From positions 6,247 to 70,246 of the forward strand of contig WAKB01000008.1 of NCBI GenBank assembly GCA_015523545.1: a stretch of DNA of 64,000 nt. The letters are read 5' to 3'. The notes beneath the pieces are model-generated. The model was not told where the DNA came from, searched no databases, and saw only the letters and a program-made list of their open reading frames with translations. Positions 45,516 through 53,928 of the stretch are shown one piece after another (position 1 is the first letter of the stretch; the number at the start of each line of letters is the position of its first letter). The position numbers were made by a program, and so were the translations under genes. This DNA comes from Candidatus Geothermarchaeota archaeon (GTDB lineage: Archaea; Thermoproteota; Nitrososphaeria; Geothermarchaeales; JDFR-13).

Positions 45516-47144
45516 TCACCCCAGATACTTACTCACATATGGACCATCCCTCCTATAGCCATGCCTATAGTAGTACTCCCTCACACCCACACCACTAATG
45601 ACAAGGATCTTCTCCCCACCCAGTGTAGAGGCATAATCCTCCGCCACACTTAGAAGTCTCGACCCCACACCACTATGCTGCCAACTACTCTCACCACTCG
45701 GCGAGCCTAGGGGGAGGCTCCTACCATATACATGTAGCTCCCTAACGATGAAGCTCTCACTAGAGACTATCTCCTCACGCCACGCCCTATGGGACGGTCT
45801 CCTAAGCCTGATAAAGCCTATGATAATATCCTTCTCGACATCCTCCATGCTTATGAAGAACTCTAGCCCCTGGCTAGCCGAATACCTCCTCACCCTTATC
45901 ACATACCGATCGGGATTAACACCCTCCTTAACATATCTATGCCCAGCCTCCCTACACCTGATACATCTACACCTAGCCTCACGGAGGGAGAGCTCCTCAT
46001 GGACCAGCTGCCTAAGGTTGGGATACCTAACTCCAGCCACAACCTCCGTAGACGGTATGTCCCTATTGACCCTCATAACTCTAGTCCATGGCGGGATATA
46101 GTTCATTTTAACAGTCGCGATGAGGTTCCTAGCCTCCTCCGTCTCCAGAGGCTTGTACCTCCCCTCCCTCCACAGCTTGATAAGCCCTGTATGCTCGAGG
46201 ACCAGGGTGGGATATATCTTTAGATGGTCGGGTAGGTAGAGATCACTAGTGAATACCCGTTCGAAGACCTGTATATCATCCGCAAAGCTCGTCAACGGCA
46301 GGCCAGGCATAAGGTGATACGTAACCTTCAGACCCGCATCCTTAAGGAGCTGAGTAGCCTCCACAACATCCCACTGCGTATGGCCCCTATTTACGAATCT
46401 ATGGACATTGTCATATATCGACTGGACACCAAGCTCCACACGGGTAGCCCCATGCTCCAACATCCAGTCAATATCCTCCTCCTTAGCCGCGTCGGGTTTA
46501 GTCTCGAATGCCAAGCCTACAATCCTGTACCTAGAACGCTCCGCAGCTACTATAGCCTCATCCATGGACCTCGGATAGTAGCCTATGAAGAATTGGAAGA
46601 GCCTCTTCATATAAGCCTCACGATACCACTCAGGAGCCTTGTTGAAGGTACCACCTTGAATAACTATGTCGATCTTATCAGTGGAATGACCCATACTCTC
46701 CAGCTGCCTAACCCTACTCTCAACCTGTCTATAAGGATCAAACTGGAAGTTTATACCCCTCATCGCACTTGGCTCCTTACCAGTATAGGATATAGGCGCA
46801 TCGGGATAGTGTGGACAGTAGATACACCTGCCATGGGGACACTCAAAGGGAGCCGTCATAATAGCCACGATAACTATCCCCGAAATACTCCTAACAGGCT
46901 TCTTCAAGAGGAGAGACCTAACACTCTCCGAGGAGATATAGGGGATTAGATCCGCATTACTAGGTGTATAGCCGAGGCCAAACTTCTTAGCCGCCTCCAG
47001 CTTAATCCTCTGGACCACATCCCTAGAGACGGATCCATACACCCTAATATGGTCGGAGAGCCTCCTCTCAACATACCTGGCTACCATCTCGACTACAGAG
47101 GCACCAGTTGACACAGCCACACCTCCCCATTCTAGATAACACAA
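45516..47144 (-). CDS. elp3: Elp3-type radical SAM / GNAT acetyltransferase (tRNA U34 modification)
   Basis: Radical-SAM Cys cluster CPHGRCIYCP and C-terminal GNAT WQHSGVGSRLLSVAE. The start is uncertain: the track start is TTG at 47144, with GTG at 47114 and ATG at 47087 as alternatives. Confidence 0.9.
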   Translation of the reverse strand: MCYLEWGGVAVSTGASVVEMVARYVERRLSDHIRVYGSVSRDVVQRIKLEAAKKFGLGYTPSNADLIPYISSESVRSLLLKKPVRSISGIVIVAIMTAPFECPHGRCIYCPHYPDAPISYTGKEPSAMRGINFQFDPYRQVESRVRQLESMGHSTDKIDIVIQGGTFNKAPEWYREAYMKRLFQFFIGYYPRSMDEAIVAAERSRYRIVGLAFETKPDAAKEEDIDWMLEHGATRVELGVQSIYDNVHRFVNRGHTQWDVVEATQLLKDAGLKVTYHLMPGLPLTSFADDIQVFERVFTSDLYLPDHLKIYPTLVLEHTGLIKLWREGRYKPLETEEARNLIATVKMNYIPPWTRVMRVNRDIPSTEVVAGVRYPNLRQLVHEELSLREARCRCIRCREAGHRYVKEGVNPDRYVIRVRRYSASQGLEFFISMEDVEKDIIIGFIRLRRPSHRAWREEIVSSESFIVRELHVYGRSLPLGSPSGESSWQHSGVGSRLLSVAEDYASTLGGEKILVISGVGVREYYYRHGYRRDGPYVSKYLG

Positions 47145-47264
47145 ATGAATTGTTTATAGTGTTGAAGTAGGTAAATACACGGTTTACACATAGTTTACAC
47201 CTCCGGCCAACCCCAACTATTTATAGGGATGGACACCTATCAAATCTCTATAGGTGATGAATAG

Positions 47265-47432
47265 ATGGGTACACACGGTTCACTTACAAAGGCAGGGAAG
47301 GTAAGATCCCTCACCCCAAAGATAGATCCACTACCGAAGCCCCCGACAAATCCCAAGAAGAGGAATAGGGCCAACTTCAAGAAGAGGATAATCCAGGGTA
47401 GAAGGCCTGGACAGTTCAGAGGAAGATTCTAA
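47265..47432 (+). CDS. rps30e: 30S ribosomal protein S30e (eS30)
   Basis: 55-aa ORF below the track cut-off: MGTHGSLTKAGKVRSLTPKIDPLPKPPTNPKKRNRANFKKRIIQGRRPGQFRGRF. It contains the HGSLTKAGKVR..TPK eS30 signature. A T-rich run (ATTTTTTAC) follows the stop. Confidence 0.85.
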   Translation: MGTHGSLTKAGKVRSLTPKIDPLPKPPTNPKKRNRANFKKRIIQGRRPGQFRGRF

Positions 47433-47631
47433 CCAACCGATATTTTTTACCCACGCAGCCCACATTCTATCCCTACCACCTAATCCTCTAAAACCCAGAT
47501 TATCTAGAGGCGTATTCTCCCCTCCAGACAACCTGGGCTAGGAGCAACTATAATAGTCCTATCAACCTATCTAAAGACAGGGGATGAGGGATACTGGGCA
47601 GTAGACACTATAGAGACAGAGTGACAAGGCC

Positions 47632-49206
47632 ATGTCTAGATACCTATCCGTCATCAAGAGCTATACAACGGCCCTACCACAGTTCGTGGCCCCAACAGTA
47701 ATAAGCCTACTAACCTTCGGAATATTGGCTAGGATACTAACAGCCAAGGAACTGGGGATATACGGCCTAATGGTATCCACAGTATACCTCGTAGGCCTAT
47801 CAGCAAACTTTGGGCTCAAGAAAGCCGTAATAGTGGAGATATCACGCGACAAGGAGGGGTGGAGATACGCAAAGGGAGCCATAAAGCTGACAATCATATT
47901 CACACTAGCCGCTGCAGGTATAACAGTAGGGATCTACTACTACTTCAAGATATTCGACGGACTAATCTACTCAGGACCCACCTACCTAGCCTTCACACTA
48001 CTGCTCACACTATTCGCACTGAGGAACTTCATAAGCTTCCCACTAGAGGCTCTCAAAAAATTCCACCTACCATCACTCTACACTACCGTAGGCTTCATAA
48101 TATACCGGATACTAATGGTCGCAGCCGTAATATCTGGTCTAAGCCTCCTAGGCATAATACTGTCATGGGCCCTAGGAGAGGGAATAGCCATAGCCGGGAT
48201 AGCCAGGGAAGTAGCCAGATTCAGGGAGTCCATGGCCAACAGCCTCCGAATATCCCAGATGGGAGACCTACTAGGAAAGGCACGCCACATCTTCCTCTTC
48301 GACATAACCATGTCCCTCGTTGAGTATGGAGACAGGATAGTAACCTCATTATTCGGCTTCTACCTACTAGCAAACTTCTACATAGCCAGCACAGGAGCCC
48401 AAGCAGTAGGGGCGCTCGCACAGGCACTATACAGCGGCCTACTACCACACCTATCCGAGGAGCTTAGGAGGAGTAGGAGGGAAGAATTCACGGGATATGT
48501 TCAGAGGCTCAGTAAGTACTTCACCCTCTTCCTATCCCCCATCTACATAGTATCAGCAGTACTGGCATACCCACTGATAATCCTTCTCGCCGGATCGGGA
48601 TACCAAGTAGCCATACCGCTATTTCAGATAATCGTTATAACCCTAGGCATAACAGTGATCCTACCACTCGTAGCCAATATCCTAATAGCTAGTGACCATC
48701 CCAGGGACCTGATGATAGCCCAGATAATAGGATTCATTGTAGACATAATCATCCTCATAGGCCTATACCCCTACATAGGATACCTGTCAGCAGGCTTTGG
48801 GAAGGCCTTCCTCTACGTAACCACACTCTCGATATCCCTATATCTATTATACAGGAGGCTAGGCGTGATACCCTATAGACTGGTAGACATAGGCAAGATA
48901 CTAATCGCCAACATAGTGACCATGGTACTCACATGGATACTATGGATACTAACGTTTAGACTCACCCTCCTACCACTATACATAACATTCAGCATCATCA
49001 TCTACATGATCCTACTACGCCAGATGAGGATAATCGATGCAGAGGACATCAGAATCCTCTTCTCCGAGATTCCTTTAAAAGGCAAGCCCAGAGATATGAT
49101 TTTTAAGCTCATAACCCGCCTAACAGGCGTTAAAACTGACCTAGAGACGGAGAAGGGAGGTAAACATGGAGAAAATCCACCTAACAACAATCTTGAAAAT
49201 AATTGA
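47632..49206 (+). CDS. polysaccharide/oligosaccharide flippase (MOP/PST family)
   Basis: 524 aa, roughly 12-14 TM spans, with an N-terminus typical of Wzx/RfbX-like proteins (FVAPTVISLLTFGILARILTAKELGIYGL). Confidence 0.7.
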   Translation: MSRYLSVIKSYTTALPQFVAPTVISLLTFGILARILTAKELGIYGLMVSTVYLVGLSANFGLKKAVIVEISRDKEGWRYAKGAIKLTIIFTLAAAGITVGIYYYFKIFDGLIYSGPTYLAFTLLLTLFALRNFISFPLEALKKFHLPSLYTTVGFIIYRILMVAAVISGLSLLGIILSWALGEGIAIAGIAREVARFRESMANSLRISQMGDLLGKARHIFLFDITMSLVEYGDRIVTSLFGFYLLANFYIASTGAQAVGALAQALYSGLLPHLSEELRRSRREEFTGYVQRLSKYFTLFLSPIYIVSAVLAYPLIILLAGSGYQVAIPLFQIIVITLGITVILPLVANILIASDHPRDLMIAQIIGFIVDIIILIGLYPYIGYLSAGFGKAFLYVTTLSISLYLLYRRLGVIPYRLVDIGKILIANIVTMVLTWILWILTFRLTLLPLYITFSIIIYMILLRQMRIIDAEDIRILFSEIPLKGKPRDMIFKLITRLTGVKTDLETEKGGKHGENPPNNNLENN

Positions 49207-50341
49207 GAAAGACGGTGACAAGAAGATAGTCCTACACTCAGGAGACCCCGAGGAGGCAGGAAGGATTAAATATATGCTTGAGAAGGGTGATAGAGACACC
49301 CTCCTAAAAATAGTTGGGAGAGACGGTAAGGAGGAGATAGTGACATACTCCCCACAGCTATACAGCCTCCTCAAGAGGGAGGGGATAGATGCCGAATATC
49401 GACGTGAAAAGGATATAGACACCCTAAAAGCCATAGAGGCGGCTGAGAACAGGCCTGTAACAGACGCCAAGACATACCTCGCCAAGCTGATGGAGACATA
49501 CACCACAGAGCGGCTGAAAGACGAGATGACGAATAAAGACATGCTGGTGATCCACGCGATAAACGCCTACGACGAGTATACAGAGACCATCAACATATTC
49601 TACGAGAGGCTTAGGGAGTGGTATGGTATCTACTTCCCAGAACTAGCAAACTACGTGAAAAAGATTGATAGATACGCCTCCCTAGTCAGAGACCTCCTCC
49701 TGAGAGAGAATATGAAGAAGGAGACACTCATCGAGAGAGGCTATCCAGAGAACAAAGCAGCAGCCATAGAGGAGGCAGCCAGAAACTCTACTGGAGGCAT
49801 GTTATCAAGAGAGGATTTGGAAGTGATCCGCAAACACGCAGCAACACTACTAGACCTGATTAAACAGAGGGAGGAGGTCGAGAAATACCTAGAAGAACTC
49901 CTAACCGAGGAGGCCCCAAACACCACTCATCTCATAGGCCACAAACTAGCAGCCAGACTAATTGCCAAGGCAGGAGGCCTCAGGAGACTAGCCACACTAC
50001 CAGCAAGCACTATACAGCTCCTAGGAGCAGAGAAGTCACTCTTCATAGCCCTCAGAAAAGGTGGAAAACCACCGAAACATGGAATAATATTCCAGCACCC
50101 CTTCATCAACCAGTCCCCAAAGGTGATTAGAGGGAGGGTAGCTAGGCTACTCGCAGGGAAGATAGCCATAGCAGCCAGGGTAGACGCCTTTGGAGGAGAC
50201 TTCATAGGAGACAGACTACTCAAAGAGGTGGAAGAGAAGGTGGAGGAGCTCAGGAAGAAGGCCTCAAAGATAAAGCAGAAGAAGATCCAGATGATGAGGA
50301 GGCAGAAACAGAAGAGGGGACGTAGGAGAAGGAGGAGGTGA
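49166..50341 (+). CDS. nop5: C/D box sRNP protein Nop5 (Nop56/58)
   Basis: NOP domain LIGHKLAARLIAKAGGLRRLATLPASTIQLLGAEKSLF...KHGIIFQHPFI and a KKE/R-rich tail. GGGAGGT lies before the ATG. Confidence 0.95.
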   Translation: MEKIHLTTILKIIEKDGDKKIVLHSGDPEEAGRIKYMLEKGDRDTLLKIVGRDGKEEIVTYSPQLYSLLKREGIDAEYRREKDIDTLKAIEAAENRPVTDAKTYLAKLMETYTTERLKDEMTNKDMLVIHAINAYDEYTETINIFYERLREWYGIYFPELANYVKKIDRYASLVRDLLLRENMKKETLIERGYPENKAAAIEEAARNSTGGMLSREDLEVIRKHAATLLDLIKQREEVEKYLEELLTEEAPNTTHLIGHKLAARLIAKAGGLRRLATLPASTIQLLGAEKSLFIALRKGGKPPKHGIIFQHPFINQSPKVIRGRVARLLAGKIAIAARVDAFGGDFIGDRLLKEVEEKVEELRKKASKIKQKKIQMMRRQKQKRGRRRRRR

Positions 50342-51021
50342 GTCATGTGGATATTGTGAAGACAAAGATCAACAACCTAGTCATCATAGACGGTGAGAGA
50401 TACGCCACAGTAAACACCACGCCAGGAATAACCTTCTACAAGGAAGAAGTAGTCAAAAAGGACGGGATCGAGTATAGGATATGGAATCCCTATAAAAGCA
50501 AGCTGGCAGCAGCATTCAAAAATGGCCTACCAATAGATGTGCTGGAAGACGTTAAGAGCATACTATATCTAGGCGCATCGACAGGAACAACGATCAGCCA
50601 CCTATCCGACATATTAACCGACGGGATAATCTACGGGGTAGAGATAGGCCCAAGAGTGATGATGGAGTTCATAAACCGTGTAGTCAAGAACAGAAACAAT
50701 GTAATACCACTCTTCTACGACGCTAGGCTACCTGAGAACTACATAGACATAGTCGATCCAGGCGTTGACATGGTATACTGCGACGTGGCCCAGCCGGACC
50801 AGACCAAGATACTTGCCGACAACGCGGACATATACCTAAGGAGGGGTGGGAAGATCCTACTAGCCATAAAAGCCAGGAGCATAGACGCTGTAGCACCAGT
50901 TAAGAAGATCTATGAAGGAGAGGTTGAATACCTGAGGAAGAGGGGATACAAAATATTAGAGATACTAGAGCTGGAACCCTACGAGAAGGAGCACGCAATG
51001 GTATACGCGGTCAAACCATAA
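50338..51021 (+). CDS. flpA: fibrillarin (rRNA/tRNA 2'-O-methyltransferase)
   Basis: YRIWNPYKSKLAAA, SILYLGASTGTTISHLSDI, VYCDVAQPDQ. GTG start in a GTGA overlap with the nop5 stop. Confidence 0.95.
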   Translation: MSHVDIVKTKINNLVIIDGERYATVNTTPGITFYKEEVVKKDGIEYRIWNPYKSKLAAAFKNGLPIDVLEDVKSILYLGASTGTTISHLSDILTDGIIYGVEIGPRVMMEFINRVVKNRNNVIPLFYDARLPENYIDIVDPGVDMVYCDVAQPDQTKILADNADIYLRRGGKILLAIKARSIDAVAPVKKIYEGEVEYLRKRGYKILEILELEPYEKEHAMVYAVKP

Positions 51022-51655
51022 ACCTACCAACCCGGACAGCCAAGACATATCTTTTAGTGACGTCGGAAACCACATCTACAAACCTATACTCATCACTAGA
51101 CATGTCATACTCAATAAATGGGGATCCAGGCACCTCCCCCCTATACTTAAACAGCACAATATAATCCTCATCATCCGACGCAGCCTCAACATTAACGACA
51201 TACTCGGAGGAACCCTCTATGAACCATACAAAGGGGATCAACGCATTCTCCATCAACGTGGAGTAAGCCACATTAATCAGGGAAGCCATGTCATCGACAA
51301 AGACCTCGACAATATTAACCTTCAACCCATCCCTCCCCACATATTCATGGGGAGGAGCGGCCACCCTAACCACTGGTATAGGGATATAGGCGGGAGAGTC
51401 CACATACTCATAGGTAATCACCTCCCTCCCCGCATCATTCGGGGAGTAGGAGACTATCCTAGGAAGCTCCCCCAACCTGGCATATACAAAGACGGCCTGT
51501 ACATCCTTCATCTGGGGAGGGAGATAGAAACCCAGCTCATAACCATCCCCAGACTCATACCCAAGCAGAACACTCCTCTCCCGTCTAACATCTGCAACCA
51601 GCCTAACCAAGTCGTCAACCCGGGTAAGCTCAACAGGCAGTGCCTTAATCCCCAT
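51011..51655 (-). CDS. hypothetical acidic protein with internal two-fold duplication
   Basis: ATG ORF of 214 aa. The halves FVYARLGELPRIVSYSPNDAGREVITYEYVD and IVLFKYRGEVPGSPFIEYDMSSDEYRFVDVV align to each other. Confidence 0.55.
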   Translation of the reverse strand: MGIKALPVELTRVDDLVRLVADVRRERSVLLGYESGDGYELGFYLPPQMKDVQAVFVYARLGELPRIVSYSPNDAGREVITYEYVDSPAYIPIPVVRVAAPPHEYVGRDGLKVNIVEVFVDDMASLINVAYSTLMENALIPFVWFIEGSSEYVVNVEAASDDEDYIVLFKYRGEVPGSPFIEYDMSSDEYRFVDVVSDVTKRYVLAVRVGRFMV

Positions 51656-51718
51656 GACCTAGTCACCCCACTAAATACAGGCTAGAATATAAACGGGAAA
51701 TATACAGCCCCCGCTTAT

Positions 51719-52582
51719 ATGAACCCCCTAGGCTATATTATACCCATGACAGAACTGGGACAGATATCCATAGAAGACGCAGTGATAAAGAAAGAGGTGC
51801 CAATACTAGAAGGCGACGCAACACTAAGAACCCTGGTAAACAACATGGTTAGAAACAAGGTTTCAACAGCCATAATGATCGACGGCGATAAGCAGCAAGT
51901 CATAACCACCCATGACTGCGCAGAACAGATCGTCAGGAACATATGGGATCTAGACGTAATTGTCGATAGGCTAGCCCTAAGAGACATGTTCAACAAATAT
52001 GCAGAGACAACGATACTAACCTTCGACAAACCAGTCAAGGAGGCGGTGAACGCACTCCTAACCTACAAGAGAAACTTCGTGGTAGAGGAGGACGGGACAT
52101 ACTACGAGATAACAGCGGAAGATATGCTCCCACTATTTATAATATGGGAAGACTACATCAACGAGAAACAGATAAAGGAGGCGATGAGCACCCAATTCGT
52201 AAAGGTGCCACCCACACAGTCAGTTGCCTCCACATACGAGAAATATACCTCTAAAAACCTAACAGCAGCTATAGTAACAAACCCCGCTCACCAACCTATA
52301 GGCATAGTCACCAATAGAGACTATACTGTGTCCTACCAAGAACTCCTAAACCAGGTAACCAAGATCAGAAGGGAGAGGGACATGAAGATCCCCGTAGAAG
52401 TAGTGATGAAGAGAGACGTAATATTCGAGTTCCAAGAAGATCCACTATCCACAGCGATAAACACGATGGTCGAGAACGACATTGGACACGTACCTATAGT
52501 AGATGAGGACGACGAGACCATAGGAATGATATATAAATACACACTTCTCCAACTAATGGTGGAGCTAGATGAAGGCGCTTGA
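51719..52582 (+). CDS. CBS domain protein (four CBS motifs)
   Basis: Repeated CBS-type blocks ending in ...GIVTNRDY and HVPIVDEDDETIGMI. Confidence 0.8.
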   Translation: MNPLGYIIPMTELGQISIEDAVIKKEVPILEGDATLRTLVNNMVRNKVSTAIMIDGDKQQVITTHDCAEQIVRNIWDLDVIVDRLALRDMFNKYAETTILTFDKPVKEAVNALLTYKRNFVVEEDGTYYEITAEDMLPLFIIWEDYINEKQIKEAMSTQFVKVPPTQSVASTYEKYTSKNLTAAIVTNPAHQPIGIVTNRDYTVSYQELLNQVTKIRRERDMKIPVEVVMKRDVIFEFQEDPLSTAINTMVENDIGHVPIVDEDDETIGMIYKYTLLQLMVELDEGA

Positions 52583-53366
52583 CCTGGTAGAGAATAACTA
52601 CCCTAGACATAGGAAGGAGGAAAGGATAAAGACAATACTAGACTCCATGTATAAGAACAGGGTAGACAGGGTAATAGTCCTAAGAGACTCAGAGACGCTA
52701 TATGGAATAGCGACAGAATGGGATATATTCCACAAACTCTCCACAATAAAGAAGGTCCCCGACCAGCCCTACGACCTACCACTAGCCAGCGTAGCCACAT
52801 ACCCAGTAGACACTCTACCCCCAGAGACACCTGTAAAGACGATCATCAACCAATTCCTCCTAAAGGAGTACAGCAGCATACCGATAGTCGATGAGACCCA
52901 GATCTACGGACTCGTAACCAAGAGAGGAGTCATATCAGCCCACCTAGACAAGATAAGGAGGATAGACAAAGAAGTCATAGAGATAACGGTTAAGGCCAAG
53001 GGACGCATAGAACCCTTCAAATCCCTCAGAAACGCGGAGAACAAGCTCCGCCTAGGCGGGTACAGCACATTAATAGTCCACGAAGACGGTAGATACATAG
53101 GAGTCGTGACCGCCCTAGACATAGCCAAAGAAATACTGAAGATAAGGAAGACCTACCCAAAGAAGGACTGGGACAACCAGATCTCAAAGCTACACGTCGC
53201 AGACGTCATGAGGAGGGACTACGCCACCCTATCACCAACCGACCCCGTATACAGAGCCGCAGAGATAATGGTTGAGAGGAACCAGAAGATCATACCCATA
53301 GTAGAGGGAGACAGACTCATTGGGATAGTCACGAGGAGACATGTATTAAACCTCATCAAGGGATAG
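52569..53366 (+). CDS. CBS domain protein (four CBS motifs)
   Basis: SIPIVDETQIYGLVTKRGV, IGVVTALDI, IIPIVEGDRLIGIVTRRHV. Overlaps the previous gene by 14 nt. Confidence 0.8.
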   Translation: MKALDLVENNYPRHRKEERIKTILDSMYKNRVDRVIVLRDSETLYGIATEWDIFHKLSTIKKVPDQPYDLPLASVATYPVDTLPPETPVKTIINQFLLKEYSSIPIVDETQIYGLVTKRGVISAHLDKIRRIDKEVIEITVKAKGRIEPFKSLRNAENKLRLGGYSTLIVHEDGRYIGVVTALDIAKEILKIRKTYPKKDWDNQISKLHVADVMRRDYATLSPTDPVYRAAEIMVERNQKIIPIVEGDRLIGIVTRRHVLNLIKG

Positions 53367-53388
53367 GGAAATATATTTTTGGAGCGCC

Positions 53389-53868
53389 ATGGAGCCACCC
53401 AAATTCCTAGCAGACCACATGAACGGCGACATAGCAAGATGGCTCAGAATAATGGGATTCGACTGTGAATACCCACCACCAGCCGCGACAGACGACGAGA
53501 TACTAACACAGGCAGAGAGAGAGTCGAGAGTAGTAATAACATCGGATAGAGAACTATACTCAAGAGCCCGGAGAAGAGGACTCAACGCAGTACTACTGGT
53601 TGACGCCCCCCTCGAGCAGAAGATAGCGAAGATCCTAAAAGACCTACATATAGAGACCCTCTATGGAACCCTCTCACCCCGCTGCACAGCCTGTAACGGA
53701 GAACTGGAGAGAGTCCATACACTAGACGTAAGGGACCAACTACCGAAGAAGCTGATGAGGACGTTTAGATACATCCATAGATGCAAGAGATGTGGAAGAC
53801 TCTACTGGGAAGGAACACACTGGAAAAACATCAAGGAGACACTGAGAAAGATAGCTAGCAATCTATAA
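53389..53868 (+). CDS. Mut7-C / DUF82 PIN-like RNase domain protein with C-terminal zinc ribbon
   Basis: FLADHMNGDIARWLRIMGFDCEY, VVITSDRELY, then CTACNGEL...CKRCGRLYWEGTHW. Confidence 0.8.
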   Translation: MEPPKFLADHMNGDIARWLRIMGFDCEYPPPAATDDEILTQAERESRVVITSDRELYSRARRRGLNAVLLVDAPLEQKIAKILKDLHIETLYGTLSPRCTACNGELERVHTLDVRDQLPKKLMRTFRYIHRCKRCGRLYWEGTHWKNIKETLRKIASNL

Positions 53869-53928
53869 TCACACCCACCAAAGGGTCACACCACCCTTAT
53901 TACACATGAAACAAAATGATTCTTTTAG

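Noticed and set aside
47331-47531. 66-aa minus-strand ORF in the elp3/flippase spacer.
   Set aside because: It is antisense to the much better supported rps30e gene (47265..47432) and has no recognisable features.
47433-47631. 200-nt spacer after rps30e, considered as a possible ncRNA.
   Set aside because: I could recognise no box motifs, no strong hairpins and no conserved RNA signature (RNase P, SRP, C/D, H/ACA ACA tail). It most simply holds the rps30e terminator (T-run at about 47443) and the flippase promoter.
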